Assembly: GCF_964355755.1 (NCBI RefSeq)
Contig: NC_092670.1
Span: forward strand, 20,508,795 to 20,572,794
Length of the DNA stretch: 64,000 nucleotides
DNA from: Antedon mediterranea
Lineage: Eukaryota > Animalia > Echinodermata
Reading direction: 5' to 3'
Shown here: piece by piece, positions 11,879-26,800 of the stretch
Position numbering within the stretch: position 1 is the first letter of the stretch
Layout: each line of letters begins with the position of its first letter
Position numbers and translations under genes: made by a program
Notes under the pieces: model-generated
Seen by the model: only the letters and a program-made list of their open reading frames with translations
Told to the model about the DNA's origin: nothing
Databases searched by the model: none

Positions 11879-14800
11879 ATGGCTGCCACCGGAGTGTTAC
11901 CTTTCGTCAGAGGAGTAGATTTAAGTCAAAATAACTTCAAGGTTAGCTTATAAAAGTCGATAAAAACTAACATGAATTGTTTTTTATACTTATCTAAAAT
12001 ACAGAATATCATTTTAAAGCGTTTCTTTCACCAAATAAAGTTTAATAAATAGCTAGGCCTAGGCCAATCATTTCAGTAAATTCCTTCTTGCAATTGAAAT
12101 CCGAGCACTGTGGCGCTGCTGCCAAGTGATCAATCAACTGGTCACACCCCCGTCCCCTAGGCCTAGCAATATAAAACGACTTAAAAATGTCTTAATACTA
12201 TTATTTCAACTTTTAATATTATTAAAATTAATACAAATCATTATGCCTAACTAGAATAATATAACTGTATTTTAGAGAATGCATATGTTATGCGCGATTT
12301 GAACGATTTGCGCAATTTGAAATTGCGCAAAAAAAATCCTTGCGCAATTTGAATTGAAACATGTGTTTCAAATTGCGCAAGCAACGTATTAAATTGCGCA
12401 AGTAATCTGCAAATTGCGCAAGGTTTTTCGACAGATTGTGAAATCATGCACACCCATATTTTTATAGTAATTTCTAAGAATGATTCAAAATTAAAGATAA
12501 ATATCGCATTTCCTTATTTTAGTAGTGCAAATATAGTTATAAGTTAGCATACCGTCGAAGAACCGACGAAGGAAAACGAAGCGGTGGTGTTCCACCAGGC
12601 GGGCGTGGCGCGGGCGGCCGGCTATACTACTCTAGCCTAGCTAGGGTCTGGACTACTGATACTGACTAGGTTACATGGCCTAGCTTAAACTAATATTAAA
12701 AACTTAATTTTTACATTTATTTTGATTTATTTCAAGTTACAGTGATAATATTATTTAATTGTAATAATAAATGTTATGTATTTATTATACACATGTTATC
12801 TTCGCATTTATTATGTTTTATTTTGAGTTATTTAGTTTCCAATAAATTATTATAATACCGATTGTCTGGTAGAATTTTGTTGCGCAATTTGAAAATTTAC
12901 AGTTCGTTTTCAAATTGCGCAAAGGTGTCATTTTGCGCAAGAACTATCTTGCGCAATTTACAAATTGTGCAGCGCAATTTAAAATTGCGCAAAGATTTTC
13001 TTGCGCAAGTTGATTGCGCAATTTGAAATTGCGCAAAAAATCCTTGCGCAATTTTAAATTGCGCAAGAATTCTTTGCGCAATTTCAAATTGCGCAAGGAT
13101 TTTTTTGCGCAATTTCAAATTGCGCAAATCGTTCAAATCGCGCATAACACATACATTATTTGTTTTGTTTGTGTTTTAATTAATAATATTACATTTTTTA
13201 AAAACTTATTTGTTAATTAATAATTATGCCTAGTCCAGCAGTATAATATATTAAAAAAGAATGATTTTTGTTCATCTGCATTACAGTCAACCGTGCAATT
13301 TGTGAAATCCTGCATAAAACATTAACTGAATGACTTTCCAATGTAATAACATTAAAATTAACTAAGCCATATCTTTGCACTTTTTTAAAATTGATAGGAT
13401 GATGAATTCCCAAAACATGTTGCAGACATGTCTGGTCTCCGTTGGCTTCGTATCAACAAAACAAACCTGGACATGCTACCCGATGAACTTTCGCACCTAT
13501 CCAAACTTGTAAGTACAGTATTCATTAATTTTATTGCTTAACAAAAGTTATGACCTAACTAATTAGACAGTCTGACTAATTTTTTGTTTTTTTTTATAGG
13601 AACATTTACACATGTCAAGAAATAATCTAATACAGATACACGGAGACTTGCCAACTCTGAGTTGTCTGCGTACACTAAACTTGCGACATAATAAAATACG
13701 TAACTCTGGCATACCTAATGACGTGTTCAACCTAGAGGAGATTAGTGTAGTGGTGAGTTTGTTTTTGTGGCTTTGTAGTGTTGTTGAAATATACATAAAA
13801 TAAAAACTAAAACAGATCTTATGTAACAGCATCAATACTTAAATTCCACGATAATAATTATTTCTATATTACAGTGTCAGAAAATTATTGAAATCTCAAC
13901 TGTCTTTCCATAAGTAAAAGTAAATTGTTGTGTTTTCAGGATTTCAGTTACAATCAGTTATCAGCCGTACCAGAAGAATGTGAAAAGGCAAAGTCTCTAT
14001 TGGTGTTGAACTTAAGTCACAATAAGTAAGTTAAAAGATCCTATCAGCTTTTTTATCTCAATAATTAATAGAATTTCTACTAATACAGTCAAGTCTCCCA
14101 ATACTGGACTATCTGAAAACAGGAAACTTTCCCAAAACCAGACTTTTCTAAAGGTCCCAAGTTGCTCTTTATGCACTTGTCAATTGTATGACTCACTATA
14201 CGACCCCCGGGAGAGGTGCGTCATGGGTGCGTCATTTACAAATAATTACTGACGCAGGGGTGCGTCAAAAAACCTAGATGGTACGTCACATCAATGAACA
14301 AGGTGTGTCAATGTCCGTCACTTTACCACCCACCATATCATAAACAACATGGTCACAGTGCGTCAAAATGGGTGCGTCGTGGTCACCTAAAGGTAAGTCA
14401 CCTTTTTGACGCACGGGTGCGTCATGGTATTCAAAAGTATGACGCACATCGGACAAATGACGCACCTCTCCCGGGGGTCGTATAGTGGGTCATACAATTG
14501 ACAAGTGCATTACCATTAAACACACATTCCTAATACCGGACTTTCCAGAAAACCAGACCTATTTAGCCAGGCCAACGGTGTCCAGTATTGGGAGAGTTCA
14601 CTGTACCAGAACTTACAACAGTACTTAGTAGTAGCGGTTTGTGTGTGTTCACTTTCTATACTTAATCATACATTTATTTTTATTCTAGTATTCCATCAAT
14701 ACCAAATCAATTGTTTATCAACCTGACAGATCTTATCTACATAAATCTTAGTGATAATAAACTTGGTAAGTCATCTCAAATTAATAATTATTGAATTATA

Positions 14801-17800
14801 ATATAAGCACAGAATGTAAATATAAAGTCTGTAATGCAACATTTATATAGTGCCATTTTGTGAAGATCAGAGCGCTTTGAGTGTTTGTTAATTATGAAAA
14901 TGATAATTAATGTCTCTTTAACCCCTCCTTCCACTGGATAATTTCAGAAAACTGCTAAAATATTCTTGACACAATCTGCGAACAACAGACTTCATTGAAA
15001 AACATTATTATTTGATTACACATAACCTTGAAACTCCTATTTTCTCTTTTTGGTTAAGATACTTTCCCCTTGTCTTTATATATTTCATTTTTTTAAACAT
15101 TTTATTGAATGATTTTGTTATAGAATCACTACCTCCACAAATGCGACGTTTAACAAATTTACAAACACTGATCCTGAACAACAACCCTATTCTACATGTT
15201 CAGTTACGGTATGTGTAGCAATGCAAAAAGTTAATATATATCAGTTGGTTATTTTGACTATCAAACTTTATGTGACAAAAAATTGATGTGCCCATATATA
15301 GACATGATGTTGTCATCTTACTACCATATTTGGGTATATCACTACCATAGTTGGGTATATCACTACCATAGTTGGGTATATCACTACCATATTTCGGTAT
15401 ATCACTACCATATATGGCCACATCACACTTTTTTGTCAAACTAGTTTGATACTTAGTGTAGACAGAGTTTTGGGAAAAATAGTATCCCAGTTCTACAACT
15501 TTGATTGTAATTTTTTTTTTTTTATTTTGTTACAAATTTTGTTCTCAAGGCAAATCACTACCATGTCTCAACTGCACACTTTACACATACGTAACACGCA
15601 GCGTAACTACAACAACATTCCTCCGCAACTTGACATGCTGACATGTCTCGCAGATGTCGACGTTTCTCATAATGAACTTCCCAAAGTACCAGAGGCTTTC
15701 TATCGTTTGCCGTCATTGAAGCGATTGAATCTTAGCAGTAATTGTATTAAGGATTTATCAAGTAGTGTAGGTAAGGGTAAATCATAGATTTTTAATTTAA
15801 TTCAAAGTGACATTTATTTACTTCAAGAAAGACAGTTAACAAGATGTAAATAAAAAATACATGATAACAGTGGAAGAAGGCAAAAAAAAAGCAGAATGGT
15901 TGTGGAAGACATGCCTATTCGTGAGGTTAATAAAGACATGCCTATAGACAAAGATGATATTTAAACAGACAGATAAAAAAGAAAAGAAAAAACAGTCGTC
16001 TTCTGGTAAACATATTGAAGAGGCATGATATATATATATTTTCATCGTTTGAATAGAACAAAATAAGTTTACTTACTCATGCATCATAGCTTCTGTCCTT
16101 TGATCTTCATCCTCTTGTTCTAAGGCTCAAAAGAGGCCTAAATTTGTTAAAATGAAATACTATATAATATATATTATATAATAGCGTGTTCAAAACATAG
16201 AGGGTGTTAAAATAAAAAATAATACTATAATTATTATACTGCGATTTTAAACAACCATGTGTTTTTAGTAGAGCCTAAGGCTCTACAACAGACGACCAAA
16301 CCTGTTAAAATGAAAAACCATAGAGGGTGCTATAATTTTGAATACATCCAGGATTTGTAGTGAATCGTGTGTTTGCTAGGAGCTCCAAGCATGTCATGAA
16401 TGGTTAGAGAGAGACAAGAAATGTTATGAAGCTGCCTCAAAAAGACTGCTATAATTTATACATATCTCTTCTTATAGATTGTTGGGTCAACTTGGAGATG
16501 CTTAATCTCTCGCGTAACAAACTCTCAAGTCTTCCAGTAGCGATCTGTAGGCTTACCAGCCTTAAGAAACTTTACGTCAACTCAAATGAATTAGACTTTG
16601 AAGGAATCCCACCCAGTATTGGAAAGATGTCAAGTCTTGAGCAGTTCCTGGCTGCAAGCAATAAACTAGAACTCATACCAGAAGGCCTATGCAGGTAACA
16701 GAAACAAGTCATGCCTGACTGAACTCAGTCATGCTTGATTGCATTGTTTTAAAAATTACAGGATAATGAAGTATATTTAAAAAAAATGGGTGTTCAGTAC
16801 ATTGAATTAGTTAATTCTTATATAGCGCATTTAAGCAAGCTCTCTAAGTGCTGCACATTATTACCCCGATCATTTTTTGAAAAAAACATGTATGGTCAAT
16901 TTATGGATACATAATCCCATAATAATGCAGCTAGTGATCAGTTCACAATTGTGTCTTGATCTAACTGGGTGGAGAGAGGCAAATATAAGTAAAGTGACTT
17001 ACCTAAGGATACAACCAATGCGGCGAGAGTTGGATTCGAACCACGATCAATAATCCAACATCCAACACACTGCGCCACATACCCTCAATGTGGCAGAGTA
17101 TCACTGTAAAAATAAAATCTAAACTCTAAGCCCTGTAAGCAGGTTCCTACTCACCAAAGTTAACGATAGTTGTACCAATGAAACCAACTTAGCCTGGTAG
17201 GTAACATGCCTGTGATCTGTTACTGCTTATTTCATTGCTTTATAATATTTTGTAATGTTCAACTTTCAGATGTCCCAAGATCAAACGTTTAGTATTAAAC
17301 AGCAATTGTCTTGTTACTCTACCTGAAGCTATTCATCTCATTACTGATTTAGAGGTATTAACACTGTACATTTTTTTACTATGCATCTTTTATTTTAAAA
17401 TTATAATGATATTCAGTCCTGGAACAGGTAATAAGCAAAGACCAATCAGAATACCTGCTATAAAGTTCTGTCTACACTATCAAACTTTATGTGACAAAAC
17501 AAAATGTGATGTGCCCATAAATGGACATGATTGCTACCATATTTAAGCATATCACTACCATATTTGGGCACATCACACTTTTTTTGTCAAGCTTGTTTAT
17601 AAACAGAGCTTTACTCCATCCTATTTACTAGACTGTTAAAACATTTTATCCTATAATAGTGCACATACATTTAATTATATTTTAGAATAAGGATGATTGA
17701 TACAGATTAATTAATGTAGCAATAGCATTGATACTCTTACTGTTAAGCTCTGTCTACACTGTCAAAATTTATATGAAAAAAAAAGTGATGTGCCCATATA

Positions 17801-20800
17801 TGGACACGATGATATCATATAACTACCATATTTGGGAACATCCCACTTTTTTGTCAAATTAGTTTGATAGTGTAGACAGAGCTTTATTTACATATTTCCT
17901 TTTTTACATGCAAGATACTTGATGTTCGTAACAACCCAAACTTAGTGATGCCACCTAAACCTAGGCCTCAACAGAAGGGATCTGGACAAGAGTTCTACAA
18001 CATTGATTTCTCTCTCAACCACCAGTTGCGCCTGGCAGGTGCAGTGCCAACTACAAGCACATCTGCTACTCCAAGTAAGTTTTACTCCACCGCTTGGTTG
18101 ACAATACATAGGCCTAGAGAATAAATAATAATAATAGTTCATTCTTATATAGCGCATATAAGCAAGTTCTTATGCTTCACATTATTACCCTCGTCATTTT
18201 TTGGATCATACACGTATGGAAACATACTCCCATAATAATGCAGCTAGTAATCAGCGCAAAGTTGTGTCTTGATCTAACCGGTACCCATTTTATACACCTG
18301 GGTGGAGAGAGGCAAAAAGAAAAGTGTCTTGCCTAAGGATACAAATAATGTGGCGAGAGTTGGATTTGAACCACGATCAGTAATCCAACGTCCAGCACAC
18401 TGCGCCACACACCTGCACATTGTATACTGCATTTTTTTAGATTGAATATGATTAATTAAGATTGATTGTTAAAGATGTATTGTCCCCCAAAATCATGAGA
18501 AAAATAAAGATTTTTAAAATCGGACTTTGAATAGGCCATTTTGCAGTTTTAATGAAGTTGTTCACTTCCATAAGAAAAAAAACGGGGGAAAAAATTATTT
18601 CACCTATAAAAAGACAAAATAAACAGTTAAATTACCCAAAAACTCATTGTCTTCCAGACAATTTGACCATTTTTTGCTTTAAATTACATTTTTCTCAGGT
18701 AAATAAAATTTTTTCAGACCCAATTTTTTGTGAGAGTGAATAACTATTATGTGACATTAAAATAACATATTCAACAAAAAAATTAAAAAAAATATTTTTT
18801 TAGGGGGACAATATATTTTTAAGAATATCTACCATGCTTTATTTACCTTATGCACAAATTCAAATATTGAAGATTTGATTTCCGTTTGTTGTCGTCCTAG
18901 CAAAAGATCCAATTGCACGAAAAATGAGATTACGTCGAAGGAGACAAGAGAGTGAAGCGGATAAAGATCAAACCAAAGTTTTAAAGGTGAGTTTTGTGGT
19001 TGATTAATTTATGGTTTAAAGCAAAAGATAAACCTAATTTGAATATTGATTTATTCAAATATATTGTTTGAGGGGAAGGGCAGGGAAGGTATAAAAAGAA
19101 CAAACAATACCACCCAATCAAAAGTTTTGTCTAATTGTAATAGCTAACAACTAATCAAAACACCTATTGTTTCTTTAATCCAATGAGAACCATTGTCTTA
19201 TTGTTTTATGGCTTTAAACACTATGTTCAACCAATCAGAAAGTGTGTTTAATTGTTTATTAGTGAATTATACAAAGCTACTGAGGCGTGACAAGACGCCC
19301 TCCACTTTTTACTCAACCTGATCCACCCATGTAGCAATAACATAGTAAATCATTTAATTGACTGTATTTTCTGTGTTGATAAGTACATATTTTTCTGCAC
19401 CATATGTTTATGAAACATTAATGGTACTCAAGGTAAGTGTATATGATTTGAGTATAAAAATTGGACATATTCATAACTTATAATTAAATTAACATAATGC
19501 ATAGAGATATTATAGTGAACTATAATATCTCTATGCATAATGGTACTGCTTTTTCATTTGGTAAGCACTGATAGATGTATTATTTAGTCAAAGCATAGAA
19601 AATAATAATAGGTATTTGTATAGCGCCAGTATCAACTAAACCGACGCTTGTATTAGATGCTTTTTAGGTTCTTTTTTAAAAGTAGCAATAGATGTTGATT
19701 TAGTATTATGACGAGGTTAAAACATGGAAGAAAAAAAGCACTTCCATGGTTAAAGGATAAAAAATATCTAAATAAAATTATAATGTATTTATTATATTGT
19801 TCAATAATTTTATATAAATCAATTTACAGAGAGTCAAAACAGTTTAGTGATATCATAATTTGCCTTTTCTATTAATTAATCTTTTAATTAATTAATAGCT
19901 GTATAACAAGGAATGATATAACCATAATTAGTATTTAATTATATTATGTGTATATTATTTGACATTGACAGTTTTTAATTACAGACTACAAGGTCAAGCT
20001 AATTGAAATAACCCTTATGGTTATCAAGTGCTCTATTGTATTTCACAACTCATTATTCTTTAGCAATATTGTAACACAATTCTGATTTTTATCAGAATGG
20101 TTTTTTTTATTACAGGCCTTTTTGGTTAAGATTTTTGTATACCAAATCCTGGAAATTACTGTATGTTGTTTGTAAGTTTTTAGTAACTTGGTAGCTTGCA
20201 AAGATGATTACAGAAGCAAGTGAAAATTGTGTGTAGTGCTACAGATTATAGTACTTTTGTTTTTTGAAATTTAAATAACTACTATTGTAATCAAACTTGT
20301 TATTTGTAGGGTATGAGTGATTTGGCAGAGAAGAAAAACAAGGGTTTAACACGAATGGAATCTGAAGTCCAGGAAGTAGGGTGAGCATGAATCACATTTA
20401 TATTATATATATCCAAAGGCAAATTACTGAAAAAATGACAATGCTGTGGGTATCAGTGGCCGGATCCCAATGGAGATACAAAAAAAAAGTGAAAAGCTAA
20501 ATTAAAACGATAAAGTAAAACAGCCAGAACAGTTAGTAGAGCTTTCAGGCAACACTAGCCCTTCATCACTAGCCCTTCATCACTAGCCCTTCATCACTAG
20601 CCCTTCAACACTAGCCCTTCAACACTAGCCCTTCAACACTAGCCCTTCATCACTAGCCCTTCATCACTAGCCCTTCATCACTAGCCCTTCAACACTAGCC
20701 CTTCAACACTAGCCCTTCATCACTAGCCCTTCAACACCAGCCCTTCAACACCAGCCCTTCAACACTAGCCTTTCATCACTAGCCCTTCAACACTAGCCCT

Positions 20801-23800
20801 TCATCACTAGCCCTTCAACACTAGCCCTTCAACACTAGCCCTTCATCACTAGCCCTTCATCACTAGCCCTTCAACACTAGCCCTTCATCACTAGCCCTTC
20901 AACACTAGCCCTTCAACACTAGCCCTTCAACACTAGCCCTTCATCACTAGCCCACACTAGCCCTTCATCACTAGCCCTTCATCACTAGCCCTTTATCACT
21001 AGCCCTTCATCACTAGCCCTTCATCACTAGCCCTTCAACACTAGCCCTTCAACACTAGCCCTTCATCACTAGCCCTTCATCACTAGCCCTTCATCACTAG
21101 CCCTTCATCACTAGCCCTTCAACACTAGCCCTTCATCACTAGCCCTTCATCACTAGCCCTTCATCACTAGCCCTTCATCACTAGCCCTTCATCACTAGCC
21201 CTTCATCACTAGCCCTTCATCACTAGCCCTTCATCACTAGCCCTTCAACACTAGCCCTTCATCACTAGCCCTTCATCACTAGCCCTTCATCACTAGCCCT
21301 TCAACACTAGCCCTTCAACACTAGCCCTTCAACACTAGCCCTTCATCACTAGCCCTTCATCACTAGCCCTTCATCACTAGCCCTTCATCACTAGCCCTTC
21401 ATCACTAGCCCTTCAACACTAGCCCTTCATCACTAGCCCTTCATCACTAGCCCTTCATCACTAGCCCTTCATCACTAGCCCTTCATCACTAGCCCTTCAT
21501 CACTAGCCCTTCATCACTAGCCCTTCATCACTAGCCCTTCATCACTAGCCCTTCATCACTAGCCCTTCATCACTAGCCCTTCAACACTAGCCCTTCAACA
21601 CTAGCCCTTCAACACTAGCTCTTCAACACTAGCCCTTCAACACTAGCCCTTCAACACTAGCCCTTCATCACTAGCCCTTCATCACTAGCCCTTCAACACT
21701 AGCCCTTCAACACTAGCCCTTCAACACTAGCCCTTCAACACTAGCCCTTCAACACTAGCCCTTCAACACTAGCCCTTCAACACTAGCCCTTCAACACTAG
21801 CCCTTCAACACTAGCCCTTCATCACTAGCCCTTCATCACTAGCTTTTCATCACTAGCCCTTCATCACTAGCCCTTCATCACTAGCCCTTCATCACTAGCC
21901 CTTCATCACTAGCCCTTCATCACTAGCCCTTCATCACTAGCCCTTCATCACTAGCCCTTCATCACTAGCCCTTCATCACTAGCCCTTCATCACTAGCCCT
22001 TCATCACTAGCCCTTCATCACTAGCCCTTCATCACTAGCCCTTCATCACCAGCCCTTCATCACCAGCCCTTCATCACCAGCCCTTCATCACCAGCCCTTC
22101 ATCACCAGCCCTTCATCACCAGCCCTTTATCACCAGCCCTTTATCACTAGCCCTTCATCACTAGCCCTTCATCACTAGCCCTTCATCACTAGCCCTTCAT
22201 CACTAGCCCTTCATCACTAGCCCTTCAACACTAGCCCTTCATCAGTGCAAGTTATAGTTTATAAACACTGTATATTAATATAACATAAATTGATATTATT
22301 TGTTGCCAAAATGCTAGCAAAGATATAATGGTGAGACATCACCAAACTTAATATATATTGTTAATGTTGTCTACTGAACCACTTTAGAAATCAACAGCTT
22401 TAGCACTGAAAGTGTCATTCAGTATAAAGATAAAATAATTATATAGTAATATTCAATTCTTCAGTTGTATTATCCTTTTATGGACCAACATATTAAATAT
22501 CATGCCTTGTGTCACTCACTGCATGTTTCGCTCAGTTTCTGATGGCTTATCTGATTATATTGTTTGTTAATAGACACAAAAGCTGGCTGGACAACTTAGA
22601 AAAACCACAACTAGATTACAGTGATATATTTTCGTCGGATGTTGGACAGCTTCCTTGCGTAGAAGTTTGGCAAATTGAGAATTTTGTTCCGATAGAAGTA
22701 GAAGAAAGTAAGTTTAATAATCATTTTATTTCCCATGACAAATCACTTTACAAATCATAATTCTTGGTAGTGACTTGATGGCCTTCAAATAGAGTTTTGG
22801 TTTGCACTGGACACCAAGAACATCTTCAATCTATAAACACTGACAGACTTTTGCTGGCAACTGATTGTTTGTTTGTTTTTGTGATTGATTGTAAAATTGT
22901 TTTTTTTTTTAGTTTATATGTAGTCACTCGAGCAAATGATACTTTGTTGTTTTGTTTGTATACATATGTTGATTTTGGTCGAAATAAATTTTAAATTGAA
23001 CTGGTACTATTAAATATTTTACACATTTTATTTCAGCTCTACATGGTAAATTCTATGAAGCCGACTGCTATATTGTCTTAAATGTAAGTCTTAAAAAAAT
23101 ATTTTTACTGCTCTATAGTTATTTGGTTTTGCCAAACCTCACATACTAAACATTGTGCTAATTTTCTTTTAAACGACACTCCAGTGGCCGTATCCACAAA
23201 TTTAGTTATTTTCCTTAAATACAAATTATTTAAATAAGAATTTCACTTCACAAGTGGTATTCATTTGAATGATTAACTTGACTATTATTAATTCATTCAT
23301 TTCCTTTATTTCGGATAGTAAATCGACATACAAAGCATACAAAAAACAAGGAGAGAAAACATTTCACCAGGAAATTAACAATATAAGCATCCTCACTAGC
23401 CTATAATCATTATACACCTTCAAAAATATATTCATAAAATCAATTTCTTTTACTAGACTACTCTCGATGATAGTGAAAACCTTTTTTGGCAAATTTATTA
23501 TTGGATTGGAAGCGAAGCAACAGTAAGTAGTATTATTATATACTTTTATTTAAAAAAACAATGTAGTGATATTATAACTTGTGGGCAATGGCCAGATTGC
23601 ATGTAACCCTTTAATACAAGCTCTGAAAGATTAAAAATACACCAATATTTAAAAGACATGAAAAGATATAATATGAAAAAATACAATAGGATTAGGCACT
23701 AAGCATGTAGGTAAAATACTTTTTTAACTTAATTTAATGCTATGATATACCATTAAATAATGTACTCATATTTTGTTTGCGTATTACATTTTGATTTCAT

Positions 23801-26800
23801 TTTATTATTTATGTGTTTGTTTAGCTTGACAAAAAAGCAAGTTCGGCAATCCATGCCGTTAACCTGCGTAACTTGTTGGGAGCTCAGACTAGGACAATCC
23901 GTGAGGAGATGGGTGATGAGAGCGAGGAATTTATGGAGTTGTTTGGGGACGTGGCGTACATTGAAGGTGGAACGTTGAGTGGGTTCTATACAGTTGAGGA
24001 CATCTCGTTTACTGTGAGGCTCTACAGAGCGTCTGGTACACAGAATATTCATTTAGAACCTGTGAGTATTGTGTAAATTCATAGATTTTCTTACCCGGTG
24101 GATTGGTTCACAAAATATATATGTATCAGGGGGATTACCACCTATCGGATAGGACAATGATTCATTTTCTATTGGTAATCCTTGGCCACGTGTGCCTAAA
24201 GACATCAAATAAAGCACAATTACAGGTTTTAAAAACTAAAAAGTATGTACTTTGCTAATAAAATAATAAAAAAATATTTTTGCTTTAGGTACCAGTGGAC
24301 AAATCTTCACTTGACCCTAGGTATACCTACTTACTGGACAACAGACTAAGCATTATGATATGGTATGGTGACCAGTCCAAATCATTGACCAGGTCAAAAG
24401 CGAGGTATGTTCATCACATGTTCAAATACTGCACAGAACCAATATTTACTGCAGTAACTTAATGTTGCCTTGAATGTAGAATATTGAAAAACAAATTTAA
24501 ATGTATAATATATATGTTTATATATTTGAATGTATGATAAATCCAAAGGCAAATTACTGAAAAAATGAATGTGTATATGGAGATACAAATAAAATACAGT
24601 AAGCAAAAAGTTAAATCAAAACAATAAAGTAAAACAAAGTAGAGTTTTAGGAATAACACCAATTGTTCTTATTTATATGTATTATTAGATTGATGGCAGA
24701 AAAGATAAACAAAATGGAGAGAAAAAATAATGCTAATATACTGATGATGACACAAGGCTCAGAAATAAATGAATTCTGGGAAATTCTTGGTGGCTTCGAT
24801 ATCGATTTTAAACCAACTGTAAGTTGCACCTTAAACTTGTTTTCTAAATATGCTGTCTTTTCTAAATATTCTGTATACTCGATTTTTATTGCACTTATAG
24901 TATAAATGAAATGTTATATTCTATGCTGTTGAAAATCGAGATGGAATAGATTTAAATGAGACTACCCGTGTTAAGTCATATTAAAATAGTGTTTTGTTTT
25001 TCCCCTAGCCTTGTGTAGAAGACTTCACACCAATGAAACCAAAGCTGTACCAAGTTGGCCTTGGTATGGGGTACCTGGAACTCCCACAAGGTAAGTTTGA
25101 AAGAGTCTTTAATCCTGAGTTTTCTTTAGTACCAACTGTACTCTATATAAAGTTCTGTCTACACTATCAAACTTTATGTGATAAACAAATGTGTTTCATA
25201 TCACCAAATTTGGGCATATCACTACCATATTTGGGTATATCACAATTTATTTGTCAAACTAGTTTGTTAGTGTAGACAGAGCTTTAGGCCAGCCTACAAA
25301 TTCAGTTTTCTATGTGTCATTCTGTCTGAAAAAAAAAACATGCAATTAAAGATGGTATGTACTAAATTCTTAAATCTGAAGTAAAACACTTTGTTTTTAT
25401 ATTTTCAGTTGAGCTACCAAAGAACAAGTTGAAACAATCCTGTTTAGATACTAAGCACGTTTATATCCTGGATTGTGGAGCTGATATATTTATTTGGTAA
25501 GTTTTCAACAACAATACTGGAGTGAAGCAAACATTTATTTTCCAGTAAACTAAAGTTACTGCAGTATTATAAAGATTACCATGTCTCTTTCCAAAGTAGA
25601 CTATTATTGCTTTTGTTCATTTTTAGGATTGGTAGAAAGTCAAGTCGTCTTGTCAGAGCTGCTGCCCTCAAACTTGCGCAGGAGTTATGCAGTATGATAA
25701 TAAGGCCGTCCGTTGCTATTGTTGTTAGAGTTCTTGAAGGGTAAGTGTTAGTGTGCGCCCCTCAGACACCAATACTCCTCCCTACCAACCCTCACCCATC
25801 TAAACACCAGTTTACTTTATAATTTCTTTTAGAATTCTAAACTTGGTATTCTCACCCTGTTGTAATTTTCTTTTCTATATACATTTTCTTAATGCTTGAT
25901 ACTAAATATAACAGGATCTTCTTTCTGAGAGCAATAGGCTAAAGCTCTGTCTACACTATCAAACTTTATGTGACAACAAAATTTGATGTGCCCATATATG
26001 GACATGATGATGTCATATCACTACCATATTTAAGCATATCACTACCATATTTAGTCGCATCACATTGATAGTGTAGAAAGAGATTTGGAGAGTATCACCA
26101 ATGCTAAACATAATACAATAAATCCTTATGGTATACCCAACAGGGTGTCGCCTAAGGGTGTCGCCAAGTGAGGGAGTGGTTCTACTGTATATTCCAGACA
26201 GGATGATGCCCACAAAACAATTGTTTGCTCCCAAAAATGTTATATGGAGAAGGCTGTAAGAAAGAATCTTAAGAGAAGATGCTATGTTGGTGTCAATGTA
26301 GGCTTGTGAACCTGCACAGTATCCATCATCTTGTAGACAAAAATTATCGAAAATAAATGTTTACCTCCCAGATACGAACCATATGTTTTCAAGCAACATT
26401 TTGAAGTATGGGATGAAATACTGGCGGTCGACTATACAAAGACTGCCGAAGCCATTTTCAAATCAATGGCGTACGACATGTGGTAAGATGACGAGGCCAG
26501 TCAGTACCATATGTGTACTAATTAACTGCGTGCCTTTGTCATAGTCCTTACAACTCACAAAAGCGTGGAAACAATGCATGAAAAGTTATTGCGAAAATTC
26601 ATTTTTAACTTCGCATGCTAAAAGACAATGTTTTGTACCAATTTAGATTAAACAATTAATAGTAACCCATAGATATACAATATGAAATGTTTTTTAAAGT
26701 ATTTCTAGTTTATTACTCATGAATTAAAACATTTTTACATAAATTTGTAGTATAAAAAATTTGCTCAGCAAAGTTGTTTGGCTGTTTTCGTTTTGATTTA

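Noticed and set aside
12247-13220. ORFs rich in LRNFKLRK / AQFQIAQ
   Set aside because: Translations of the TTGCGCAA subterminal repeats of a transposon
20550-22244. CRISPR-like appearance of the tandem arrays (also 48210-48985 and 61940-62730)
   Set aside because: No unique spacers, no cas genes, eukaryotic intronic context
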